Assembly (NCBI GenBank): GCA_964434945.1
Contig: CAYSWZ010000037.1
Location: 13,049-77,048, forward strand
Source: an uncultured bacterium
GTDB lineage: Bacteria > Eisenbacteria > RBG-16-71-46
Direction of reading: 5' to 3'
DNA length: 64,000 bases
Shown here: piece after piece, positions 9,215 through 18,071 of the stretch
How positions within the stretch are numbered: position 1 is the stretch's first letter
Layout: each line of letters begins with the position of its first letter
The notes under the pieces: generated by a model
What the model was told of the DNA's origin: nothing
Seen by the model: only the letters and a program-made list of their open reading frames with translations
Databases searched by the model: none
Program-made: the position numbers and the translations under genes

Positions 9215-9900
9215 TTCTCCTCAAGCCAGGGCCGCTCGCCCCGCCCGCGGACCGGCTCCTCGCCGGGCTCGCCGCCCGCGGGCACGATGTCGTCGCGGAC
9301 GCGGCCCACCTGCCCGCGGCGGAGAGCACCGTGACGCTGGCGATCTCGGATGGATCGTTCGTGTTCGACTTCCTCGGTCTCGTCCGTTCGCTCGGGGAGC
9401 GGAGTTTCCGGGTGCTGATGTTGTCGCGACTCGGCGCGCACCCGGATGCGCGCGCGAGCACGCTGCAACGCCTGTGGCGGCTGGAGGAGCACGTCCGCGC
9501 CGGCAACGCACCCACGCTGACGCTCCGCTTCGCACCGGTCGTCGGGCCCGCGACGCCGCTGTGGCAGAAGCTCCGGTCGCGGCCCGCGCTCGCGACACAC
9601 GGCCGAAAGCTCCTGAACCCGGTCGCCGAGGCCGATGCGGTGGAGACGCTCGCGGCCGCGCTCGACGGGCGGGCGCTGTGGCGCGGCTGGTACGAGGTCG
9701 CGGGTCCGGACACCGTGACGCTGGCGGAGTTGCGCGACATCGCCGCACTCACGCCGGGAGCGACGGCGGGCGGCGCGTGGGAGCCGCCGCTGGACGAGAT
9801 CGCCGAGCATCGGCTGGCCGAGAGCGAACCCTGGGCGTCCGACTTCGGGGTCACGCCCACGCCGCTCGCGGCGTGGACCGGGGCAGGGGCGCCGCGATGA
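9211..9900 (+). CDS. Degenerate atypical SDR/NAD(P)-binding (NDUFA9/YbjT-like) protein
   Basis: LSRLGA, LTLRFAPVVGP, NPVAEADAV, YEVAGPDTVT match atypical SDR architecture. No Gly-rich NAD motif and no YxxxK. Confidence 0.55.
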   Translation: MILLKPGPLAPPADRLLAGLAARGHDVVADAAHLPAAESTVTLAISDGSFVFDFLGLVRSLGERSFRVLMLSRLGAHPDARASTLQRLWRLEEHVRAGNAPTLTLRFAPVVGPATPLWQKLRSRPALATHGRKLLNPVAEADAVETLAAALDGRALWRGWYEVAGPDTVTLAELRDIAALTPGATAGGAWEPPLDEIAEHRLAESEPWASDFGVTPTPLAAWTGAGAPR

Positions 9901-9919
9901 GCAAAGCGAACAGTCACTC

Positions 9920-10486
9920 ATGACGAAGCCGAACCGGCCCGTGCCCCGCCGCACGGCGGCCGCGCGCCCACCCGCGCGCACGCGCGAGCACGCCCGGGCC
10001 CAGCGCGCGCCGCGTCCGGTGGGGGTCGCCGTCGTCACCGTGAGCGACACGCGCCGCGGCGGCGACGACACGAGCGGCGCGCTCGCGGAGAAGCTCCTCG
10101 CGGCCGCGGGCTGCGCGCCGGTCGCGCGCGCCTGGGTGCGTGACGAGGTCGCCGCGATCCGGGCGGCGCTCCGAGCGCAGCTCCGGAAGCGCGGCGTGGA
10201 CGCCGTCGTCCTCACCGGCGGCACGGGCGTGGCGCCACGGGACGTCACGCCCGATGCCGTGGAGCCGCTCCTCGACCGGCCGCTGCCGGGGTTCGGCGAG
10301 CGCTTCCGGGCGCTGTCGTGGGAGACGGTCGGCTCTGCGGCGTGGTTGTCGCGCGCCGGGGCGGGTGTCGCGCGCGGCCGCCTGGTCGTCTACCTTCCCG
10401 GATCCGCCGGCGCCGTCCGGCAGGCCCTCGAATCGCTGCTCATTCCCGAGCTCGTGCACGTGGTGCGCCTGCTCGGTCGTTTCTAG
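9920..10486 (+). CDS. moaB: Molybdenum cofactor biosynthesis protein MoaB/MogA
   Basis: [33 protein letters not shown]. Confidence 0.9.
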   Translation: MTKPNRPVPRRTAAARPPARTREHARAQRAPRPVGVAVVTVSDTRRGGDDTSGALAEKLLAAAGCAPVARAWVRDEVAAIRAALRAQLRKRGVDAVVLTGGTGVAPRDVTPDAVEPLLDRPLPGFGERFRALSWETVGSAAWLSRAGAGVARGRLVVYLPGSAGAVRQALESLLIPELVHVVRLLGRF

Positions 10487-10509
10487 CCTCTCCAGCCCCG
10501 GGAGCGCGC

Positions 10510-11064
10510 ATGTCCATCCGTCCGGATCACTGGATCCGCAAGATGTGCCGGGAACACGGCATGATCGAACCCTACGAGGAGAAGCAGGTCCGCGAGGGCG
10601 TCATCTCGTACGGCGTCTCGAGCTATGGCTACGACATCCGCGTCGCCGACGAGTTCAAGATCTTCACGAACGTCATGAGCACGGTGGTGGACCCCAAGAA
10701 CGTCGACCCCGCCTCCATGGTCGACTTCAAGGGCCCGGTCTGCATCGTGCCCCCGAACTCGTTCGCGCTCGCGCGAACGGTGGAATACTTCCGCATACCG
10801 CGGGACGTGCTCACGATCACCATGGGCAAATCCACCTATGCGCGCTGTGGCATCCTCACCAACGTCACGCCGTTCGAGCCCGAGTGGGAGGGTCACGTGA
10901 CGCTGGAGATCAGCAACACCACGCCGCTCCCGGCGAAGATCTACGCGCACGAAGGCATCGCGCAGGTGGTATTCTTCCAGGCGGACGATGTCTGCGAAGT
11001 ATCGTATAAGGACAAGGGCGGGAAGTACCAGAATCAGCGCGGGATCACACTGCCGAGAATGTGA
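10510..11064 (+). CDS. dcd: dCTP deaminase
   Basis: [48 protein letters not shown]. Confidence 0.95.
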   Translation: MSIRPDHWIRKMCREHGMIEPYEEKQVREGVISYGVSSYGYDIRVADEFKIFTNVMSTVVDPKNVDPASMVDFKGPVCIVPPNSFALARTVEYFRIPRDVLTITMGKSTYARCGILTNVTPFEPEWEGHVTLEISNTTPLPAKIYAHEGIAQVVFFQADDVCEVSYKDKGGKYQNQRGITLPRM

Positions 11065-11100
11065 TCCTCCCCGCGCCCGCGTCCCCGTTCGAGGTGCCGC

Positions 11101-12279
11101 ATGCGGACCGTGACCCGTGCAATGCCCGCGCTGGCGATGCTCATCGCGCTCCTCACGGCGCAAGCGGCCGGAGCGCAGGGCACCGCGCGCTCGCTCGACT
11201 TCGACACCTCGATCCGCGCGGCCGGCATGGGTAGTGCGAGCGCGGGCGTGTGGTGGGGCGAGCCGGGCGTGTGGGGGAACCCCGCCTCGCTCGCGGAGGT
11301 GCGCGGCGTGGGCTGGGTGGACGGACGTACGCAGCTCGTGCCGGGACTCGCGTCGGATGTCTGGCTCAAGTCGAGCCGGCTGCTCCTCGGGGGGGCGGGT
11401 GTCGGACTCTCGCTCATGGGCGAGCCGCTCGATGGGATCGGCGGGATGCGGCTCGACTATGGCGCCAGCGAGGGCACGGATCCGTTCGGCAATCCCACCG
11501 GCACATTCGATTCGTTCGAGGAGACCCAGGCGTGGGGGATCGGTGTCGCCCCGATCCAATTGTTCGACGCAATCCGCGGCGCGGGGACCGATCCCGTCGC
11601 TTCGGGCCCGAGACGGGTGGACCTCGCCGGCGGTTACCAGCACAAGCACACGGTCGTCTCGCTCGCACCCGCGGACGTGGGCGGCTACGCGGAGGCCGAT
11701 TGCCTGGACTGGGGTGTCTCCGGGCGCGTGACGCTGACGCCTGACCTGTCTCCGCAGGCTCCCTGGCGCCTCGAGCTCTCCGGAGGCTACGCGGTGTTGA
11801 ACGCGAACGATGCCCAGTTCTTATTCCTCGCCGAGTCGGCGCCGCCGTCGCGCATCCGTCGGGAGGGACTCGCGGTGCACGCGTCGGTGCTGTCGCCGTG
11901 GAGCGAGCCGGGGGCAGCGCCCCCGAACTGGATGCTCACCGGGATGCCGCGCGCCATCGAATTCGGCGTGGCGAGGGACTGGGAGCAGGTCAGTGCCGGC
12001 GCGGGCCCCACCGATTTCTCGGTCGACCGGTTCGGCATCGAAGGCACGCTGCTCGGCGTGCTCACCGGCCGGTTCGGTCACGTGAGCGACCGTGTGGGCG
12101 AGATCGTCGGCGACACGTGGGGGTACGGCGTGCGGATCCCGGTCGGCCCGTGGGGGAGCGTCGCCTACGACCGTGCGAGGGTGCCGCAGTCGAGCGGGCT
12201 GCCGGACGTCACGCGACAGGGCTGGTCGGCGTGGGTGGATCCGCTCCGGATCATGTCGGACCTCGGCCCGAAGCACTGA
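11101..12279 (+). CDS. Outer-membrane beta-barrel protein, PorV/FadL-like
   Basis: Signal peptide (AAGA/Q), N-terminal IRAAGMGxA...WGNPASL motif typical of PorV/FadL barrels, amphipathic strands, C-terminal GRFGH...TWGYG...YD. Confidence 0.55.
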   Translation: MRTVTRAMPALAMLIALLTAQAAGAQGTARSLDFDTSIRAAGMGSASAGVWWGEPGVWGNPASLAEVRGVGWVDGRTQLVPGLASDVWLKSSRLLLGGAGVGLSLMGEPLDGIGGMRLDYGASEGTDPFGNPTGTFDSFEETQAWGIGVAPIQLFDAIRGAGTDPVASGPRRVDLAGGYQHKHTVVSLAPADVGGYAEADCLDWGVSGRVTLTPDLSPQAPWRLELSGGYAVLNANDAQFLFLAESAPPSRIRREGLAVHASVLSPWSEPGAAPPNWMLTGMPRAIEFGVARDWEQVSAGAGPTDFSVDRFGIEGTLLGVLTGRFGHVSDRVGEIVGDTWGYGVRIPVGPWGSVAYDRARVPQSSGLPDVTRQGWSAWVDPLRIMSDLGPKH

Positions 12280-12420
12280 GGCCGCGTGCCGCCGTCGGCG
12301 TCGCGGGCGGTCGCACGCATGCGGAGCGCGCCGCTTGCGCCCCCCGGAGCCCGCGGATAACCTGCGATCTCTCACCCGGCCGGGTCCGGCCGGGCTTGTG
12401 CGTCTCAAGAGGACCACTCG

Positions 12421-12867
12421 ATGATCAAGGAACTCGCGACCGGTCTCGGCGTCACGCTCGAGAACCTGTTCAGGAAGCCGTTCACCGTCCAGTATCCGGA
12501 AGAGAAGCTCGAGATGTTCCCGCGCTTTCGCGGGCTGCACATCCTCGCGCGGCACGCGGACGGACTGGAGCGCTGTGTCGGCTGTGAACTGTGCGCGGTG
12601 GCCTGCCCCGCGGACGCCATTTTCGTGAAGGCGGCGGAGAACGACCCGGCGCACCCGGTCTCACACGGCGAACGCTATGCCGAGCGCTACGAGATCAACA
12701 TGCTGCGCTGCATCTTCTGCGGCATGTGCGAGGAGGCCTGTCCCGAGGACGCGATCTTCCTCGAGAAGGATTACGAGCTCTCGGACTACAACCGCGATGC
12801 CTTCATCTACACGAAGGACGAGCTCGTGGTGCCGATGGAGAAGTCGGGCTACCTGCCGGCGCGCTGA
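12421..12867 (+). CDS. nuoI: NADH-quinone oxidoreductase subunit I (2x[4Fe-4S])
   Basis: TVQYPEEK, RFRGLH, CVGCELCAVACP, YEINMLRCIFCGMCEEACP. No other nuo gene adjacent. Confidence 0.9.
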   Translation: MIKELATGLGVTLENLFRKPFTVQYPEEKLEMFPRFRGLHILARHADGLERCVGCELCAVACPADAIFVKAAENDPAHPVSHGERYAERYEINMLRCIFCGMCEEACPEDAIFLEKDYELSDYNRDAFIYTKDELVVPMEKSGYLPAR

Positions 12868-13009
12868 GCTCCCGCGCCCGGCGGGCCGGATGCGCATGGT
12901 GGCGGGGTCTGGCGCGCCGGACTCGAACGCGGGTCCGTGGCGGCAACCTGCCGGGCGTGAGCGAGGACTCCCGGCGCGGGGGCTCAACGACCCGGAGATC
13001 GATCTTCCA

Positions 13010-13837
13010 ATGAGCGTCTCGCCCGCTGTCGCGCTCGTGGTCGCGGTCCACCAGCGACCGCGGATCCTCGAACTGGTCCTCCGGAGCCTCGAGAACCAGA
13101 CCTGGACGGACTTCGAGGTGGTGCTGGCCGATGACGGCTCCGACGACGCCGTGCGCGACGTCGTCCGAGCGTGGACCGGACGCTTCCGCCACCCGATCCG
13201 GCACGTGTGGCAGGAGAATCGAGGATTCCGGAAGACCATGATCGTCAACCGCGCGGTCGCGGGTACCGCTGCGACGTACCTCGTGTTCATCGACGGGGAC
13301 TGCATCCTTCACCATCGCTTCGTCGATCGTCACCACGCGCGCCGCCGGCCCCGCCAGGTGCTGTCCGGGCGCCGCGTGATGCTGGACCCGGAGCTCACGG
13401 CCCGCCTCACGCTCGCGGACGTCGAGTCCAGGCGCATCGAGCAACCGACGTTCTGGTGGCGCCATGCCAAGGCGCACGATCGACGCAACGGGATCTACGC
13501 CCCCGCGGCCTACGGCTGGCGTGGCGGCTGGGCCCGCGACTACGCGATCCTCGGCAGCAACTTCTCGCTGTTCCGCGACGACTTCGCGGCGGTGAACGGC
13601 TACGACGAGGCGATCGTCGGGCGCGGCATGGAGGACATCAACCTGCGAACGCGCCTGCTGAACGCCGGCTGCGTCGTCCGCAGCATCTCGCAGGAAGCCC
13701 TCCAGTATCACTGTCACCACGACGCGGCGCCCATGCCGCACGATGCCGAGACGACGGAGCGTTGGCGTTCGACCACCGAGTCGTGGACGCCGCGAGGACT
13801 CGTGAAGGGCGGGCGCGAGGCCGATCCGCGACCGTGA
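13010..13837 (+). CDS. Glycosyltransferase family 2
   Basis: LADDGS, GFRK, FIDGDC, GSNFS, NGYDE, GMED. Confidence 0.85.
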   Translation: MSVSPAVALVVAVHQRPRILELVLRSLENQTWTDFEVVLADDGSDDAVRDVVRAWTGRFRHPIRHVWQENRGFRKTMIVNRAVAGTAATYLVFIDGDCILHHRFVDRHHARRRPRQVLSGRRVMLDPELTARLTLADVESRRIEQPTFWWRHAKAHDRRNGIYAPAAYGWRGGWARDYAILGSNFSLFRDDFAAVNGYDEAIVGRGMEDINLRTRLLNAGCVVRSISQEALQYHCHHDAAPMPHDAETTERWRSTTESWTPRGLVKGGREADPRP

Positions 13838-14346
13838 GGGAGTGATCCCGCGCGCAGCACACCACCCGCGCGCGGGGACGCTGCGCCGGCATTCGACGTC
13901 GCAGCAGCGACCGAGACATCGCTCTCAACGAATTCACATTGCGTGAATACCCCGCACGACTTCGCCACCCGCTCGGTGAGAGGCGTCACTCAGCGCGCAC
14001 CTCGACTCCGTGAACACCGCGCCGTGTTCTCCGCGATCGGGCGACCTGCCGGCGCCCGATGCGGCTTCGCCAATGCTGGCGCGGTGATTCGCGCGTGAGT
14101 GAGGCCGCTCTCGCTGCCGCGCGAGCCTGGGGATGCGTTCGACCGTGCGTCGCGCCCACGCATGAGTGGACGTCAATGACTCACGTTCAGGACCGTCCGC
14201 GCAGCAGATGGAACGCTGGAACCCGCGCCTCCGTCAGGAGTACTCCTATGGTGGGACGGCAATCCGCCGGTCGCGGGAGATACTCTCGGGCGCGAACGGC
14301 GTGACGCGAACACGATTGCGAGCCCGCGAACAGGGAAGGCCGAGCC

Positions 14347-16230
14347 ATGTGTGGAATCGCGGGAATTTTCCGCTTCGCGGGCCAAGGAAACGACATGGAG
14401 GTCGTCGAGCGAATGCTCACGAAGCTCCGCCGGCGCGGTCCCGACGATGCCGGCACGGAGCGTGCGGGCCCGGTCGTCCTCGGCCATCGGCGGCTCGCGG
14501 TCCTCGATCGGACGTCCGCGGCGCACCAGCCCATGACCAGTGCCAGCGGTCACCTGGTCGTCACGTTCAACGGCGAGATCTACAACTATCGCGAGCTGTG
14601 TCGCGAGCTCGAGGTGGATCCCGGGTCGCTGCGATCGAGCAGCGACACGGAGGTGCTGCTCCTGGCCTGGGAGCGCTGGGGCCCGGAGGCGCTGCGACGC
14701 TGCGTCGGCCAGTGGGCGTTCGCGCTGTACGACAAGCTCGAGCGACGGCTGTGGCTCGCGAGGGATCGCTTCGGCGAGAAGCCGCTCTATCTGCACGGGT
14801 CGAGTGAGCGCCTCGCGTTCGCTTCCAGCCTCGAGTCGCTCCTCGCGGTGCCCGGCGTGCCACGGGATCTGGACGCGCGCGGGATTTCCGAATACCTGGC
14901 ATTGCGCTACGTCGTGGCTCCGCGAACGGTGCTGCGTGACGTCCACAAGCTTCCGCCGGGGCACCTGCTCGAGATCGGGGCCCGTGGCCCGATCCGCGAG
15001 CACGAGTGGTACGGACCCCGCTTTCGCCCGGCGCGATCGGGACCCCCACGATCGCGCGCGGCGCTCGACGAGCAGTTCGACGCGCTATTCAAGCAGGCCT
15101 GCGCGCGCTGCCTCGTCAGCGACGTGCCCGTGGGGCTTCTCCTGAGTGACGGGATCGACAGCAACAGCATCCGCGCGGCCCTCGCCAGCACGGGGCACTT
15201 TCCACCCTCGTTCACGTTCCGGCTCGAGAACCGCAGCACGCGCACCCAGCCGGAGGCGATCCAGGGCGCCGGAGGCGAGGTGCTGGACGTCGAAACGAAT
15301 GCCGCGGAGCGGTGCGCCGCGTTCGACGAGGCATTCGCAAGCCTGACCGAGCCGGTCGGCGATGGCGCGTCCCTCGCGACCTGGCTGCTGATCCGGGGCG
15401 CACGCGCACGCGCCACCGTGCTCCTCTGCGGGCATGGCGGCGACGAGGTGTTCGGAGGCTACCGATTGAGCCAGGACCGGTTCCGGCTCGCGGTGCTCCG
15501 CAGGCTCACGTGGATCCACGTCCCGGCCCTGGACCGGACGTTCGACCGATTCCTGTTCGGCGACGGGTCGGTCGCGGAGCGAAGGGCTGCGTTCGCGGCG
15601 AAGCCCGTCCGCGAGGCTCCTTCCGCGGCGCAGTATCTCGTCGATCGACCTCTGCCACGAGCGCAGGTTCGGGAGCTGCTCGGGGGTTCGTTCCCGGCGG
15701 GCGAGTGCTACATGAGCACGATCGAGCGCCTGTACGGCGAATGCGGGCCCGGTGCGGCGGATCTCGACCGCATCCAGGAGGTGCTCATGCGCACGTTCCT
15801 GTCCGCCAACATCCTGTCGTTCGCCGACTCGGTGGCGATGGACTCGTCCGTCGAGGCGCGGATGCCGTTCCTGGACCGGGACCTCGTGGAGTTCGCGCTG
15901 ACCCTCCGTCCGGGCGAGCGGGTCAGCCGCTGGCCGGGCCGGGCGAATACCAAGGTCGTGCTCCGCAACTGGGCGCGTGGGCGCGTCGCGGTCGACGTCG
16001 TGAAGCGCCCGAAGCGAGGCTTCCAGTCCGGAGACATCTCGGAGCTGCTGCGGCATGACGGCCCGGGGATTCGCCGCCGCATCCTCGAGGCGAAGGCCGT
16101 GCGCCGGCTCGTGCCGGGTGTCGAGGCATGGATGAGCCGGATCGAGGACGGTTACGGCGGGCCGTGGGGGGGAACGCTGTGGGCGCTGCTCGTGCTGAGT
16201 GTCTGGTCGGAGGCGGTCGGGGCCCGGTGA
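14347..16230 (+). CDS. asnB: Asparagine synthase (glutamine-hydrolysing)-like amidotransferase
   Basis: MCGIAG Ntn start, GHRRL, FNGEIYNY, SDTEV, RDRFGEKPLY, EARMPFLD, KRPKRGF. The PP-loop is atypical (SDGIDS). Confidence 0.85.
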   Translation: MCGIAGIFRFAGQGNDMEVVERMLTKLRRRGPDDAGTERAGPVVLGHRRLAVLDRTSAAHQPMTSASGHLVVTFNGEIYNYRELCRELEVDPGSLRSSSDTEVLLLAWERWGPEALRRCVGQWAFALYDKLERRLWLARDRFGEKPLYLHGSSERLAFASSLESLLAVPGVPRDLDARGISEYLALRYVVAPRTVLRDVHKLPPGHLLEIGARGPIREHEWYGPRFRPARSGPPRSRAALDEQFDALFKQACARCLVSDVPVGLLLSDGIDSNSIRAALASTGHFPPSFTFRLENRSTRTQPEAIQGAGGEVLDVETNAAERCAAFDEAFASLTEPVGDGASLATWLLIRGARARATVLLCGHGGDEVFGGYRLSQDRFRLAVLRRLTWIHVPALDRTFDRFLFGDGSVAERRAAFAAKPVREAPSAAQYLVDRPLPRAQVRELLGGSFPAGECYMSTIERLYGECGPGAADLDRIQEVLMRTFLSANILSFADSVAMDSSVEARMPFLDRDLVEFALTLRPGERVSRWPGRANTKVVLRNWARGRVAVDVVKRPKRGFQSGDISELLRHDGPGIRRRILEAKAVRRLVPGVEAWMSRIEDGYGGPWGGTLWALLVLSVWSEAVGAR

Positions 16231-16247
16231 GTCCGATGCGGGCGCGC

Positions 16248-17225
16248 TCAGGCGCCCGGCAACTGGGCGAGGATGCGCCGCGCCAGGATCGGCCACGACC
16301 ATGGCGCGGCGCTCGCCGGCCCCGCAGCGGACAACCGCCCGCGCAGCCGTGAGTCGAGCAGCAACCTGCGGATGGCGCGACGCAGGAACCAGGGGTGGCG
16401 GAGGCTCACGAGCGCGTTCTCGCCGTCACGCGCGAAGTCCGTGGTGCCGCTCCGGGTGCACACGAGCGCGCAGCCGGAGGCGAGCGCCTCGAGCGCGGTA
16501 TTGCACCAGCCGGCCCGCTTCTCGGCGGCCACGAACACGTGACTCGATTGATAGAGCTTCACGAGCTCGTCCTGCGTCGGGTTCAGCACGAAGCGGGCGT
16601 TCGGCGGCAGCGGCGCGGCGTCGCGGGGATCCTGGCGGTTGGTGGCGGGGTCGAGCGCGTCGAACAGCACGGTCTCGAACCCGGGATTCCTCCCCGCGAG
16701 GCCACGAAGCGCCCGGAGCACCAGGTCGGTGCCCTTCCTCGGGCGCGAGCGGCGCCCGTTCACGAGCACGCGCAGGGGGGATTCGGGGCGCCCTCCGCCC
16801 GCCGGATGAAACCGCTCCGGGCGGATGCCGCCCGCGCCATCGAGGACCTCGCGCCGGGACATTCGCTCGAGCTGGCGTCGCAATGGGCCGGAGTTGGCCA
16901 TGAGAATCACGGCCGGTTCGGCCAGCGCCAGGCGGAGCCCGGGGTCACGTTCGAGCACGCAGTAGTAAAGGTGGCGGGTCGCACGATGGGACCGGAATGC
17001 CGGGTAGGTGTCACGGTCGCCACCGATGGCGAGGTCCGACGCCTCTCCGGATGCCGACGCGAGCGGTGCGGTCCGGCCCATGAACGGCAGCCACGTCGGC
17101 GCCGTACCTTCCGGGTGGTAGAGCGTCACCGGGTGGCCGAGCGCCGTCCACTCGTTCCCGAGCTCGAGGTAGCGGCGCACACCCCCGAACACGCCCACGT
17201 GCGGCAGGAAGAGTCCGATGCGCAT
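16248..17225 (-). CDS. Glycosyltransferase family 4 (GT-B)
   Basis: FGGVRR N-terminus, RKGTDL, LYQSSHVFV, GWCNTALEALASGC, DGENAL. Confidence 0.8.
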   Translation of the reverse strand: MRIGLFLPHVGVFGGVRRYLELGNEWTALGHPVTLYHPEGTAPTWLPFMGRTAPLASASGEASDLAIGGDRDTYPAFRSHRATRHLYYCVLERDPGLRLALAEPAVILMANSGPLRRQLERMSRREVLDGAGGIRPERFHPAGGGRPESPLRVLVNGRRSRPRKGTDLVLRALRGLAGRNPGFETVLFDALDPATNRQDPRDAAPLPPNARFVLNPTQDELVKLYQSSHVFVAAEKRAGWCNTALEALASGCALVCTRSGTTDFARDGENALVSLRHPWFLRRAIRRLLLDSRLRGRLSAAGPASAAPWSWPILARRILAQLPGA

Positions 17226-17406
17226 GGACGCGGCACGCTAGCAGAGGCCATGGAGGCCTCCAAGCTCGGGCGTTCACGGCTGAACCGGCGAGCGTTTCGC
17301 CACGGAACGGTGGAGCGTCTCATCCCGGAACGGCCGTGGGTGCCGCGAAGGCCGGGGTCACGCCGATCGCGTTGTCATCCTGCGCGTTCCCCGAACGCCC
17401 GGTGCG

Positions 17407-17422
17407 TGGCACGCCGGGTGCA
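17407..17422 (+). promoter_or_regulatory. Putative sigma54 -24/-12 promoter of hsp20
   Basis: TGGCAC-GCCGG-GTGCA. GG and GC are separated by exactly 10 nt. Confidence 0.55.
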
Positions 17423-17516
17423 ATGGAAGATGGTCACGGGTTGCCGCGCAACGGCCCATGAGAGTCGTCGCGCGGACCATGAAATCCCATACAGACCCCA
17501 TCGAGGAGGAAACACC

Positions 17517-17966
17517 ATGTCACTCATCCGTTGGACGCCGCGCCGCACCGGGCTCGTCGCGGGCCCGTTCGATACCGATCTCAACCGCCTGTTCGAGGGC
17601 TTCTTCGCACCGGTCGCGCTCCGGCAGGACGCGGTTGCCGTCACTCCGCCGATCGACGTCGAGGAGACGCCGGAAGCGTATGTGTTCCATGCGGACCTTC
17701 CGGGCGTGAACACCAAGGACGTCAAGATCACGGTCAACGGCGACACGCTCACCGTCCGCGGCGAGCGCAAGCGCGAGGAGCTGAAGACCGAAGGGTCGCT
17801 TTACCGGACCGAGCGCCTGTACGGTGCGTTCGAGCGGACGTTCACGCTCGGGACGCCGGTTCGGCCCGACCAGGTCAAGGCCGCCTACCGGGACGGCGTC
17901 CTCGAGATCCGCGTGCCCAAGGCCGAAGAGGCCCGCGCGCGTGAGATCGAGGTGCAGGTCGGGTAA
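17517..17966 (+). CDS. Hsp20/alpha-crystallin small heat shock protein
   Basis: SD GAGGAGG. PIDVEET, ADLPG, LTVRGER, ERLYGAFERTF, AAYRDGVLEIRVPK. Confidence 0.93.
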   Translation: MSLIRWTPRRTGLVAGPFDTDLNRLFEGFFAPVALRQDAVAVTPPIDVEETPEAYVFHADLPGVNTKDVKITVNGDTLTVRGERKREELKTEGSLYRTERLYGAFERTFTLGTPVRPDQVKAAYRDGVLEIRVPKAEEARAREIEVQVG

Positions 17967-18025
17967 GGTTGCCGGCACGAACCCCCGCAGCACTCACGGC
18001 CACGCCCGGCGCGATCCGCCGGGCG

Positions 18026-18041
18026 TGGCACTCCGATAGCA
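18026..18041 (+). promoter_or_regulatory. Putative sigma54 -24/-12 promoter of dnaK
   Basis: TGGCAC-TCCGA-TAGCA with GG-N10-GC spacing, about 30 nt upstream of the dnaK ATG. Confidence 0.55.
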
Positions 18042-18071
18042 GGGCGCAGTCAGGCGAAAGAAGGCACGTTC

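Noticed and set aside
14248-16230. asnB-like gene plus upstream small ORF as a lasso-peptide cluster
   Set aside because: The enzyme keeps a full Ntn glutaminase domain (MCGIAG). No B1/B2 peptidase or RRE gene is nearby, and the small ORF lacks a lasso leader/core pattern.
17985-18050. CIRCE operator before dnaK (GCAGCACTC and TGGCACTC half-sites)
   Set aside because: Neither half-site has the GAGTGC(T/C)AA partner 9 nt downstream.
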